DNA of 64,000 nucleotides from Polyangiaceae bacterium (GTDB taxonomy: Bacteria; Myxococcota_A; Polyangia; Polyangiales; Polyangiaceae), in assembly GCA_965222375.1 (NCBI GenBank), contig CBDCTZ010000016.1:3008001-3072000 (forward strand), given 5' to 3'. The notes below the pieces were generated by a model. That model was given only the letters and a program-made list of their open reading frames with translations, ran no database searches and was not told the origin of the DNA. How positions within the stretch are numbered: the first letter of the stretch is position 1; every line of letters begins with the position of its first letter. Positions 1-9,407 of this stretch are shown piece by piece. Both the position numbers and the translations under genes were made by a program.

Positions 1-398
1 AGAACGTTGGCACCTTGGACAAGGGCGCGGACAACGTCGGCACCGGTCTGGTTGGAGCGCCCGCCTGCGGTGACGTGATGCGTCTGCAAATTCAGGTCAG
101 TGATGACGGCGTGATTGAGGACGCCCGCTTCAAGACCTTTGGCTGTGGCTCGGCCATCGCCTCCAGCTCACTGGCAACCGAGTGGATCAAAGGTAAGACC
201 GTCGACGAGGCGGCAGGCATAAAGAACAGCCAGATCGCCGAGGAGTTGAACCTGCCGCCGGTGAAGATTCACTGCTCCGTGTTGGCCGAGGACGCCATCA
301 AGAGCGCCGTGGAGGACTACAAGAAGAAGCGCGCAGCCCGCAAGGCGCTGGGCGCTGAGGCCCCCAGCTCGGCGAAAAAGGAAGCAGCTACTCCCTGA
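1..398 (+). CDS. iscU: Fe-S cluster scaffold protein IscU (5' truncated by window edge)
   Basis: NVGTLDK..NVGTGLVGAPACGDVMRLQI, FKTFGCGSAIASSS and LPPVKIHCS motifs; frame open to the window start. Confidence 0.97.
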   Translation, partial: NVGTLDKGADNVGTGLVGAPACGDVMRLQIQVSDDGVIEDARFKTFGCGSAIASSSLATEWIKGKTVDEAAGIKNSQIAEELNLPPVKIHCSVLAEDAIKSAVEDYKKKRAARKALGAEAPSSAKKEAATP

Positions 399-408
399 AA
401 AGACAGCT

Positions 409-816
409 ATGGAACTTTCTGCAACTATGAATGCCGCAGCTCAGACTCCCGCCCCGCCACCGGCTGAAAGCACAGTCGACCGAAAGGGGTTGAACATCAG
501 TCAGGGCGCCGTGGACTTCGCTCGGACCAAGCTCGACAAGCGTGGGACGCCCGACGCCGCCATTCGACTCGGGATCAAGGGCGGCGGCTGCTCAGGCTTT
601 TCCTATGTGATTCAGTTCGAAGATGACCCGCCGCGGGAGCGGGATCGCACCTACGAGTTGGATGGCGTGCGTTTCATCGTGGACAAGAAGAGCCTCGTGT
701 ACTTGGCGGGCGCCCTGCTGGACTACGAGAAGACCCTGATGTTCCAGGGATTCAAGTTCCGCAATCCCAACGAAGCCGCGAGCTGTGGCTGTGGGCACTC
801 GTTTACCGTGCGCTGA
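409..816 (+). CDS. iscA: Fe-S cluster assembly A-type carrier (IscA/HesB family)
   Basis: GGGCSGFSY and CGCGHSF motifs; isc operon context. Confidence 0.95.
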   Translation: MELSATMNAAAQTPAPPPAESTVDRKGLNISQGAVDFARTKLDKRGTPDAAIRLGIKGGGCSGFSYVIQFEDDPPRERDRTYELDGVRFIVDKKSLVYLAGALLDYEKTLMFQGFKFRNPNEAASCGCGHSFTVR

Positions 817-835
817 AGTGCACGCCTGAGTCTCA

Positions 836-1360
836 GTGGCCTCGGATCCGTTCGAAACGCTCGGCATCGACCCGTGCTTCGACGTCGACATGGAGCAATT
901 GCAGGTTCGCCACCGCGAGTTGAGCCGCGCGCTGCATCCGGATCGCCATGCTGGCAAGACCCCTGCGGAGCGACGTCACGCCCTTGGAAAAGCCATTGAG
1001 GTCAACGATGCGTTCCGGCAATTGAAGAATCCGCTGACGCGGGGGCGGGCGCTGCTGGCCAGGTTGGGGCACGCGTTGGAAGAGGGCCAAGAAGCCAAGC
1101 CGCCCGCAGAGCTCCTGATGGACATGATGGAGCTGCGCGAAGCGTTGGCGGAGGTTCGCGATTCCCGTGACCAGCAGGCCCTCGCGCTTCTCTCGCAGAA
1201 GATCGAGTCTCGTCAGAAGCAGGCCATTGCCGCTCTAACGCAAGCTTTCGCAGCGGCGGAACGAGTTGACGCACCCAAGGCTGAGGAAATCCTGAGCGAG
1301 CTGCGCTACTACGCGCGCTTCTTGGAAGAGGCTAGCGCAATCGCTGACGAAATGCTCTGA
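836..1360 (+). CDS. hscB: Fe-S co-chaperone HscB
   Basis: J-domain HPD motif (LHPDRH), then a helical C-terminal domain; lies between iscA and hscA. Confidence 0.93.
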   Translation: MASDPFETLGIDPCFDVDMEQLQVRHRELSRALHPDRHAGKTPAERRHALGKAIEVNDAFRQLKNPLTRGRALLARLGHALEEGQEAKPPAELLMDMMELREALAEVRDSRDQQALALLSQKIESRQKQAIAALTQAFAAAERVDAPKAEEILSELRYYARFLEEASAIADEML

Positions 1361-1376
1361 GAGCCGGTGTGGACTG

Positions 1377-3320
1377 ATGCTGCTAGATATCTTTGATCCC
1401 AAAGCGCCCCCGAAATCCGTGGGTATCGACCTCGGCACGACGCATTCGATCATCGCGAGCACTCGGGACGAGCGTCCTGTTGCCCTGACCACCTGTGACG
1501 GCACCGCGTTGTTACCGAGCGTCGTTTACTACGGTGACGCCGGCAACGTCATGGTGGGGCAAGTGGCCAAGAGCTACGCAACCCGCGAGCCCGAGCGCAC
1601 GCTCATCAGTGTCAAGCGCTTCATGGGCCGAGGTGCTGGCGACGCAGAAACGCGGAAGCTCGGCGCCTACAAGTTTGCCGAGCCCGAGACTGACGCTGAT
1701 GCCAAAGTAGTGCGCTTCAGCGTTGGAGATCGCAGCGTGACCCCTGTGGAGGCGAGCAGCGAAATACTGAAGAGCCTGAAACAGAGTGCCGTGGATCAGC
1801 TGAACGCCGTGGGCGGCTGTGTCATCACCGTGCCAGCCTATTTCGACGATGCGCAGCGCCAGGCGACCAGAGATGCAGGTCGGCTCGCTGGGCTTCACGT
1901 GCTGCGATTGCTCAACGAGCCGACCGCGGCAGCCCTCGCCTACGGGCTCGAGAAGAAGCAGGACGGGCTGTTCGCTGTCTACGACCTTGGAGGCGGAACT
2001 TTCGATATCACCATCTTGCTCTTGGATGACGGTATCTTTCAGGTCAAGAGTACGGGAGGCGACAGTGCGTTGGGTGGGGACGACATGGATCGTCTCGTTG
2101 CCGAAGAGATGCTGGTAGCCATGGGTTGCGCCAGTGCAGAGTTGCACACACCGGAGCTCGTCAGCCTGGCTCTGGATGCCGCGCGCCAGGCAAAACACGC
2201 ACTGTCCGAAAAGGCAGTCGTTGAAGTCAGTCTGCCCAAGCGCGGGGGCGGCGACGTGATCTATCGAATCGAGCGCCCCCACTTCGACGAACTCATCGCC
2301 CCTTTGCTCGAACGGACGGGCCGGGCCGCGCGCCGAGCCCTGCGCGACGCAGAGCTCTCGGCAGCGGAGGTCGATGGCGTCATTCTCGTAGGCGGCTCCA
2401 CGCGCGTGCCGCGGGTCCGTGAGTTCGTTCAAGGGGTCTTTGGCAAGCCGCCCCTCGCGGACATCGATCCAGATCTCGTGGTGGCCTACGGCGCAGCGAT
2501 TCAAGCGGAACTGCTGTCCAGCGAAAGTGACGAGGTGTTGCTCCTGGACGTTCTGCCCCTTTCCCTCGGCATAGAGACCATGGGCGGTGCTGTGGACAAG
2601 ATCCTACCCCGCAACACCACGATCCCCGCGGGCGCAAAAGCCGCTTTCACGACCTACGCGGACAACCAAACGGGATTCGATCTGCACGTGCTGCAGGGTG
2701 AGCGCGAGCTGGCCAAAGACTGTCGCTCGTTGGCTCGCTTTGTCCTCAAAGGCATTCCGCCCATGCCTGCGGGCATGGCGCGGCTGGAGGTCGAGTTCTT
2801 CGTCGACGAAAACAACCTGCTCAAGGTCGAGGCGCGGGAGCTGACGACTGGCATCAGTCAGCAGATCGAGGTGCAACCCAGTTATGGCCTCAGTGACGAT
2901 GAAGTCGAGCAGATGCTCATCGATGCTCTGGATCACGGAGAGGAAGACCTGGATGCGCGTCGGCTGACCGAGGCTCGCGTCGAGGGCGAGCGTATGCTGC
3001 TTGCCACCAAGAAATCCCTCGAGGGCGAAACCGGGGATCTGTTGAGCACCGAGGAACGCCATCGCATCGAGTTTGCCGCGGCGGACTTGAATCGTGCCAT
3101 TCAAGAGGCGACCAAGCCGGGGCAAATTCAGCTGCGGATCGACGCCTTGGACGATGCAACTCATGAGTGGGCCGGTCGTCGAATGAACCGCGCCATCGTG
3201 GGGGCAATTGGAGGCAAGGTCTTGGGGGATGTCGAGAAAAGCGTCGAGCATGCTGACGGCGTAGAAGCTCACTTGCGCGCCCACGGACATCTGGATACAG
3301 AGGCGGGCACTGATGGCTAA
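1377..3320 (+). CDS. hscA: Fe-S chaperone HscA (Hsp70 family)
   Basis: [23 protein letters not shown] and [11 protein letters not shown]sp70 motifs; isc context. Confidence 0.95.
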   Translation: MLLDIFDPKAPPKSVGIDLGTTHSIIASTRDERPVALTTCDGTALLPSVVYYGDAGNVMVGQVAKSYATREPERTLISVKRFMGRGAGDAETRKLGAYKFAEPETDADAKVVRFSVGDRSVTPVEASSEILKSLKQSAVDQLNAVGGCVITVPAYFDDAQRQATRDAGRLAGLHVLRLLNEPTAAALAYGLEKKQDGLFAVYDLGGGTFDITILLLDDGIFQVKSTGGDSALGGDDMDRLVAEEMLVAMGCASAELHTPELVSLALDAARQAKHALSEKAVVEVSLPKRGGGDVIYRIERPHFDELIAPLLERTGRAARRALRDAELSAAEVDGVILVGGSTRVPRVREFVQGVFGKPPLADIDPDLVVAYGAAIQAELLSSESDEVLLLDVLPLSLGIETMGGAVDKILPRNTTIPAGAKAAFTTYADNQTGFDLHVLQGERELAKDCRSLARFVLKGIPPMPAGMARLEVEFFVDENNLLKVEARELTTGISQQIEVQPSYGLSDDEVEQMLIDALDHGEEDLDARRLTEARVEGERMLLATKKSLEGETGDLLSTEERHRIEFAAADLNRAIQEATKPGQIQLRIDALDDATHEWAGRRMNRAIVGAIGGKVLGDVEKSVEHADGVEAHLRAHGHLDTEAGTDG

Positions 3321-3657
3321 GGTGCGCTTCGTCGATCAAGGATTGGAAGCGGAGGTGCCGGTGGGCAGCTCCTTGCTCGAAGCGGCGCAGGCCATCCACG
3401 CGCCCGAGGGCCACGCCTGCGGTGGTGTCTGTGCCTGCTCCACCTGCCACGTGTACGTGGATGAAGGCCGCGAGCTGCTCAGTGAAGCGGAAGAAGACGA
3501 GGAGGACATCCTCGACAAGGCCTTCGACGTTCGAGAAAACTCGCGTCTGGGCTGTCAGGCAAAGATCCAGCGCGAGGGCGTGGTGGCTATTCGGATCTCG
3601 CCGGAGAGCCTGGACGCCTACTATAATGAACACCCGGACGTGCCCCGGCCCGAATGA
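3313..3657 (+). CDS. fdx: ISC-type 2Fe-2S ferredoxin
   Basis: [14 protein letters not shown] and SRLGCQ motifs. Confidence 0.95.
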   Translation: MAKVRFVDQGLEAEVPVGSSLLEAAQAIHAPEGHACGGVCACSTCHVYVDEGRELLSEAEEDEEDILDKAFDVRENSRLGCQAKIQREGVVAIRISPESLDAYYNEHPDVPRPE

Positions 3658-3908
3658 GCCGTCTGTTCGCTTCCGCCGGGAATGCGCGACCGCGGGCCAG
3701 GGCTACCTGGGGTATTTCAGCCAGGCCTACAATTCAGCTCTGTTGAAAACCCAATCCCTCCAAAAGACTCGGCACGAGCTTCGCAAGGCAGTGGCAACAG
3801 ATGCGGGCCTGGTCGCGCATGGAAGCGCCACCCCTACGGGACAACCGCCGCGAATCTAGCGGCTTTATCACGCTTGGTGCGAAGCAGGGCGGCGCTTATC
3901 GAAGTGGT

Positions 3909-3956
3909 GGTGTCAAACCGCTGACCCTGATCGCGCTGACAGGTGTCAAAGCGCTG
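3909..3956. promoter_or_regulatory. Direct repeat GGTGTCAAAnCGCTG x2 (33-bp period) upstream of the OmpA gene; candidate TF site
   Basis: Copies at 3909-3923 and 3942-3956; the second overlaps a TGACA-gg-TGTCA palindrome. Confidence 0.4.
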
Positions 3957-4018
3957 GTGCGTAGCAACGCACCCACAACGTCGCCGTTCTTTGCCGGGTT
4001 GGCAGCGGCATCGCTACG

Positions 4019-5473
4019 ATGTTCACAGCAGTGACTACCTCCCGACACGTGCGCGCGTTGGCCGCGCTTTCCTGTAGTGCGACCCTGGCCACGCTTGCGC
4101 CCGAGGCTTCGGCAGAGGCTCCGCGTTGGCACGGCACGGTGGGTCTTTCCAAAGCGGTCGGGGAGCATCAGGGGGACGAATTCAGCATTGGCGTCGCAGG
4201 CCTGGCAGCCGGAGAGTTGCCGCTTTCACCCGCCCTGGGCGCGCAGCTGGAGCTCGGCGGGCTCTGGTTCAACAAGGCGGAGGATCCCGCCGACCCAAAC
4301 ATCAAGCCCGAGGGCTCCTTCACGAGTGGCCAGCTCGGTCTCGGGCTTCGCGTGCGGCCATTCTATCCAAAATGGGACTACGCGAGCGGCTGGAGTGAGG
4401 CGGGGCTGTGGGCCTCCGCCGCGGGCGGAGTTGCGCTGACGGGTCAGAAGGTGCGACCAAGCCTGGATATTTTCGTGGGCTGGGATCACCTCTGGGCGCG
4501 CGGCGCAAACGGTGTCGGACCGACCATTGGTTACATCCATGTCTTCCAGCCAAACGACGAGATCCGTCCGGCGGACGCCAACATCCTCGTTTTCGGGGTT
4601 CACGGCTTTTTCGGTCAGGGCAAGGCCAGCGTGGACGGCGACCGAGACGGTGACGGTATCAAGGACTCCGTGGACCGCTGCCCAGACGATCGAGAAGACC
4701 CCGATGGTTGGGAGGACGAGGACGGCTGTCCCGAGCTGGACAACGATCGGGACGGCATCGAGGACATCAACGACCAATGTGCCAACGATCCTGAAGACAA
4801 GGATGGTTTCGAAGACACCGACGGCTGTCCGGACCGCGACAACGACCAAGACGCCATCTTGGACGGAGACGACAAATGTCCGAACGATCCGGAAGATCGC
4901 GACGGATTCGAAGACAAGGACGGCTGCCCCGACAAGGACAATGACCAGGACGGCATCCCGGACGCGGAGGACAAGTGCCCGGATGAGCCTGAAGTCAAAA
5001 ACGGCTACGCGGACGAGGATGGCTGTCCCGATGCCAAGAAAGTGCGCGTAGTCGGTGACAAGATCCTTCTCGACGATCGCGTTCACTTCTGGGTCAACAG
5101 CGCCAAGTTGCGGCCGGTGAGTTACCCACTGCTTGAACGCGTCGCGAAGCTCATTCGTGAGAACCCCACCTGGGTTCATGTGGAGGTGCAGGGGCACACC
5201 GATGCGCGCGGTAAGGAATGGTTCAATCAGAAGCTCTCCCAAGACCGGGCTCAATCCGTGGCGAACTTCTTGGCCACGAAAGGCCTGAAAAAGAAGCGCC
5301 TTTCTGCGAAAGGCTTTGGCAGCAGCCAGCCAGCGGTGGACAAGTCCAACGAGCGGGCGTGGTTCTTGAACCGCCGCGTGGAGTTCCAGATTACCCGAGA
5401 AGTCAAAGTGCAGCCGGGAGCGCCTGCGCCTGGCGCCGCTTCGGGCCAGACTAAGCCAGGAGCCGCCAAGTGA
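4019..5473 (+). CDS. OmpA-family protein: signal peptide, probable beta-barrel, thrombospondin type-3 Ca-binding repeats, OmpA C-terminal peptidoglycan-binding domain (TraB-like architecture)
   Basis: DxDxDGIxDxxDxCP / EDxDGFEDxDGCP repeats; VQGHTD..NQKLSQDRA..NRRVEF. Confidence 0.92.
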   Translation: MFTAVTTSRHVRALAALSCSATLATLAPEASAEAPRWHGTVGLSKAVGEHQGDEFSIGVAGLAAGELPLSPALGAQLELGGLWFNKAEDPADPNIKPEGSFTSGQLGLGLRVRPFYPKWDYASGWSEAGLWASAAGGVALTGQKVRPSLDIFVGWDHLWARGANGVGPTIGYIHVFQPNDEIRPADANILVFGVHGFFGQGKASVDGDRDGDGIKDSVDRCPDDREDPDGWEDEDGCPELDNDRDGIEDINDQCANDPEDKDGFEDTDGCPDRDNDQDAILDGDDKCPNDPEDRDGFEDKDGCPDKDNDQDGIPDAEDKCPDEPEVKNGYADEDGCPDAKKVRVVGDKILLDDRVHFWVNSAKLRPVSYPLLERVAKLIRENPTWVHVEVQGHTDARGKEWFNQKLSQDRAQSVANFLATKGLKKKRLSAKGFGSSQPAVDKSNERAWFLNRRVEFQITREVKVQPGAPAPGAASGQTKPGAAK

Positions 5474-6723
5474 TACGGACCCGCACCTTGATTCGCAGTC
5501 TGCTCGCCGTGGGCATGGGCGTCGCCCTGTCGGCTTCCTGCACCTCCGGCGGCGTGGTGGGCGGCGAGTGCCGAGATGGGCTGACGATTTGCTCCGGAGC
5601 ATGTGCCGACTTGGCACGAGACGAAAAGAATTGTGGAAGCTGCGGCAATGTCTGCCCGGACGGTGTGTTCTGTTTCTCGGGCGTCTGCGGTGGCGACGCG
5701 AGCATCGACGCTGGTGATGGTGGTGACGCTGACTCCTACGACGGCAAGGCGGATCGATTTCCGCCAGGGGATGCACAAGGTGACGGCACTACCGGTGATG
5801 GAACCACAGGTGATGGCGGGGATGCTTGCACTCCGCCCTACAACACGGCAGCACAATGTGGAGACTGCTTCACCAAGTGTGTCAGCCCCACGGGGTTATG
5901 CGATTTGGTTGATGGAGGGTTCGCTTGCGTGCCTCTGTGCAACCCGCCCCTCGTGGAGTGCGCGGGCCAGTGCGTCGACACCAATAGCGACCCCCAGAAC
6001 TGTGGCAAGTGCGGCAACGTCTGCCCGAGCGGGATCTGCCAAAGTGGGCAATGCGTCGGCGCTGTGGTGGGACACGTGGTGACGGCGTGCATGAACTACG
6101 CGCAGGCGTTCCAGAACTCGCCCCAAACCCTGCTCTTGGGCAATGCGGTGTTCTTGCCGCTCAAGGATCCAGTTCGCATTTTGGCCTACGAGGAGTTCAC
6201 GCCAGCCAACGTGAAAGCCAAGGTGAATCAGGCTCTGAGTTGGGCTGCCACAGCCAAGACCCGTACTTTCGCTGTGACGGCCGCGCCGACCTCGAACGAC
6301 GTCATCGCCAATCTCAGCGTGCTCAACTACGACACGCTCCTAATCTACGATCAGTCCGGGGCGCCACCGGGGACGCTGGCTGCCATTGGCACGAGCCTCG
6401 CGGGGCCCATCGATCAATTTGCCAAGGCTGGCGGAACCGTCGTGGTGTTGGCCAGTGCGGGCGGTGAGATGCATGAGCTGATCGACAACGCGGGGGTGCT
6501 TCAGGTCAGCGCCTTGACCCAGCAGTCGGGGTTGACCCTCTACAATCGGGCTCCCGGAGACGCCGTGGGGATCAACGTGCTCTCGCCGTTCATCTCTTTG
6601 AACGACACCTGCACGATGACTACGAGTGTTCCGCCAAGCACGAGCAATGTCTTCGTCGTGACGGATGCGCCGGCGCCTGGAGTGGGCAACGTCGTGGTCG
6701 TGCACCGCATTCAAGCACCTTGA
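5470..6723 (+). CDS. Cys-rich lipoprotein (myxobacterial DPxNCGxCGNVC repeats)
   Basis: Lipobox LSASC; DEKNCGSCGNVC and DPQNCGKCGNVC; GTGA start/stop overlap with the OmpA gene. Confidence 0.85.
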   Translation: MIRTRTLIRSLLAVGMGVALSASCTSGGVVGGECRDGLTICSGACADLARDEKNCGSCGNVCPDGVFCFSGVCGGDASIDAGDGGDADSYDGKADRFPPGDAQGDGTTGDGTTGDGGDACTPPYNTAAQCGDCFTKCVSPTGLCDLVDGGFACVPLCNPPLVECAGQCVDTNSDPQNCGKCGNVCPSGICQSGQCVGAVVGHVVTACMNYAQAFQNSPQTLLLGNAVFLPLKDPVRILAYEEFTPANVKAKVNQALSWAATAKTRTFAVTAAPTSNDVIANLSVLNYDTLLIYDQSGAPPGTLAAIGTSLAGPIDQFAKAGGTVVVLASAGGEMHELIDNAGVLQVSALTQQSGLTLYNRAPGDAVGINVLSPFISLNDTCTMTTSVPPSTSNVFVVTDAPAPGVGNVVVVHRIQAP

Positions 6724-6767
6724 GCCGTGCTCGCCCTGGTTAAGGTGCGGCCGCGGAAGCGTGAGGG

Positions 6768-7088
6768 CTAGCTTTCCGGCGAGTAAGGGGCGCTTGCGTC
6801 CGGTGCGTCTGTGGCTTCAGTCACGCGGAACAAGGCTGGCTCGGGCTGGGCAGAGGATGGAAGTGGCGTGCCGGCCTTGCCCCAACGCTTTGGCTCGAAA
6901 ACTCGCTGCCGGAGGCGAACGAAGGCATCAGCGATTCCCGCACCCGCCTCCTTGGCCGCAGCGGTCGACAACATGGCTCGAGCGTGGTCGAGACCGGTCT
7001 TCTTGCCGAGAGGCACGAAGCAAAAACCCAGAGCCGCAAACAGCACCAGAGCCGCTTCGATGACGCGACGACCGAGACGAGTGACCAC
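6768..7088 (-). CDS. Small hypothetical membrane protein
   Basis: N-terminal hydrophobic helix; fills the gap between genes. Confidence 0.6.
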   Translation of the reverse strand: MVTRLGRRVIEAALVLFAALGFCFVPLGKKTGLDHARAMLSTAAAKEAGAGIADAFVRLRQRVFEPKRWGKAGTPLPSSAQPEPALFRVTEATDAPDASAPYSPES

Positions 7089-7163
7089 TACCGCGGGATG
7101 CTAGCCCCCGGGTGCCCCAGGACCCCAATTAGCGGCGTGGATTTGGCGACGGGCACAGGATAG

Positions 7164-9308
7164 CTAGCCCTTGCCCGTGACTTTGAGCACCTTCTTCACC
7201 AGGGATTTGGAAAAAATCGAGCCCGCCAGCCCCTTGACAACTGGCACGAGCACCTTGCGCCACGCTTCACGGTCCGCCTTGGACAATTCGACCACGGTCA
7301 TCTTCTTCTTCAGCCGTCGATATGCACGCCGATCCAGGCGGCGAATGCGTTTCGAATTGTGTTTGCTCATGCGCCGTTGGATAACCAGGAAGGTTTCTCG
7401 CAAGTCTGGGGGCAGGTCGTCCAGGGCTCGCTTGCGAAACGTGAGCGCGCCGATGGCGCATACGCTCGACGTGGCTGCAATGTGGTCCAAGCTGGATGCC
7501 CATTGAAGCTGCTCGGCGGCTAGCGCAGGAGCGTTGACGATATTGATCCGACCCGCGCGCAGGGCTGGCAAGACCTCCGTCACCGACACCGGCACGGGCA
7601 CGACACCGCCGATCTTGGCGTAGACCTTGGGGCCGATGGGCTCGTTGCGCCAAACCGCGGGGCGCTTGCCCTTGATGTCGCTTGGGCGCCTGACCGCGAA
7701 GCCTCTCGACATCTGCCGGACCAGCCCAATGTCGCCCCAGCCCAGAATGATGAAGCCCTTCTTTTCGAAGCGTTGCTCGATGTCCGGCCCGATCGCCTTG
7801 CGCACCTTGTCCAACGCGCGCCAGGAGTCGACCACGCCGGGCATCTGCATCACCAATACGTCCCGGTGAATCCTAGAAAGCCCCACGCTGGCCAACGCTG
7901 CGCCGTCGAGTTGGCCAGTCTTCATCTTGCTGACCATGGCTCCTTCGTTTCCCGCCACGGCGTTGTAGTAGACCTCGAGCTCGAGGCGCCCCTTGGTCTT
8001 CTTGGCAACGGCCTTCTTCCAGACGCGGAACACCTTGCCCCAAGCGCTGCGTTTTGGTGCCAAAGTGGCGACCCGGATCTTCTTCTTGGGAGCCGCTTCT
8101 GCGTTGGTGCTGAAGGTGGCGAAACCGAGCAGGAGGCTGAGAGCAACAACCGGCTTTGCGTGACGCAATAGGGCGGAGCTGCGCCGACGTCGGCGACCGA
8201 TGGCCAAGAGTAGTCCCGCGAAGGCAAGCAGCGGCCACGCCGAATGCGTGGTGCTCTTGGTCGCGCGACAGCTGCACCCGCCATCATCGGAACTGGTTCC
8301 AGCTCCGGGAGTTGCGCCGGCGCTACCGGCCGCGGCGCCAATGCCGGCGCCCCCGCCGGAGCTCGCACCGGCCGTCCCGGATCCGCCGCTGCCGGACTGT
8401 CCTCCCGCTCCGGAACTACCACCCCCTGCTGCGGCACCCGCAGCCCCTGCCGCACCGGCAGCCCCACCGCTGCCCGTAGTTCCACAGTCTGCGGGGCAGT
8501 TTTGGGGTGTCTCGATGCCAGCGCTGCAGGTCTTGTCCCCACACTCGGTGGTGAGCTCCAAGGTGACGCGCGAATACGTCACGCCCAGCGGGCCGCCTTT
8601 GGTTGGGCCGTCCCACAGCCCGCAGGAGTTGTGACTGCTGCCGCCGCAAGCGTTGACGGTGACGTACCATTGGGATGCCGAAATCACGCCCGCCGGCGAG
8701 GTTGCACTGAGGTCGACGGTCTTCTTTCCCCCTCCCGGCGTGAAGCTCAATTGGTCGACGTTATCGCTCCAGTCCTGGACGATCGTGAAAGGGCCTGCGC
8801 CGTTGAGCCATCCCTTGCTCGAGCCCCCTTCGCCTGTGCACAGTTTCCAGTCGCTGCATCCGGCGTCGAATAGATTGAAGTATCCGCGCCCTTGCGCCAT
8901 GACGGTGTTGTCTTCGCGGTACGCGATGTACAAACTCGATAATGAGGCATTGCCCGCTCCAACAGGCTTGAAGGGCTTTGTGTTCGGCCGGAGCGCGACC
9001 AAGTGGTAACTCTCGAAATATCCCTTGGGGCCAGCTAGTTCAGGGGACGAAAACTCCGTGGTGAGCTTGCCCCGACGCGCATCAATTCCCGTCGGCAGGG
9101 CGAAGTGCATGAAGTCCTTGCGGGAAGTCGTCTTCCAGCCCTGATTGGAAAACGTGCCGCCGCTGACGCTGCCGTTCCGAGCCTGCAAGAAGGCGTCGAG
9201 CGCTGCTTTGCCCTGGGTCAGAGGAACATCGACGGAATAGGAAATGGGTACCGCTAACGCCGGTGAGGACAGAGTGAGGCATGCTGCAAAAGCTCGAATC
9301 AAGCGCAT
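7164..9308 (-). CDS. In-frame fusion: secreted MYXO-CTERM protein plus TRAP substrate-binding protein DctP (DctP part ~8168-7164, with its own signal peptide)
   Basis: MRLIRAFAAC signal; DDGGCSC..LLLAIGRRRRR tail; second signal ..FATFSTNAEA; IRVATLAPKRSAW, KMKTGQLDGAAL and VLPALRAG DctP motifs. Confidence 0.8.
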   Translation of the reverse strand: MRLIRAFAACLTLSSPALAVPISYSVDVPLTQGKAALDAFLQARNGSVSGGTFSNQGWKTTSRKDFMHFALPTGIDARRGKLTTEFSSPELAGPKGYFESYHLVALRPNTKPFKPVGAGNASLSSLYIAYREDNTVMAQGRGYFNLFDAGCSDWKLCTGEGGSSKGWLNGAGPFTIVQDWSDNVDQLSFTPGGGKKTVDLSATSPAGVISASQWYVTVNACGGSSHNSCGLWDGPTKGGPLGVTYSRVTLELTTECGDKTCSAGIETPQNCPADCGTTGSGGAAGAAGAAGAAAGGGSSGAGGQSGSGGSGTAGASSGGGAGIGAAAGSAGATPGAGTSSDDGGCSCRATKSTTHSAWPLLAFAGLLLAIGRRRRRSSALLRHAKPVVALSLLLGFATFSTNAEAAPKKKIRVATLAPKRSAWGKVFRVWKKAVAKKTKGRLELEVYYNAVAGNEGAMVSKMKTGQLDGAALASVGLSRIHRDVLVMQMPGVVDSWRALDKVRKAIGPDIEQRFEKKGFIILGWGDIGLVRQMSRGFAVRRPSDIKGKRPAVWRNEPIGPKVYAKIGGVVPVPVSVTEVLPALRAGRINIVNAPALAAEQLQWASSLDHIAATSSVCAIGALTFRKRALDDLPPDLRETFLVIQRRMSKHNSKRIRRLDRRAYRRLKKKMTVVELSKADREAWRKVLVPVVKGLAGSIFSKSLVKKVLKVTGKG

Positions 9309-9407
9309 CCACGGTACTTTAGCGCGTCCAGCGGACTTAGGCCGGCGCTTCCCGATGCTAGGGATTTCTGGCTCTTGGCCGCTGCGAAATTGCCGTATTC
9401 TGCGCGG

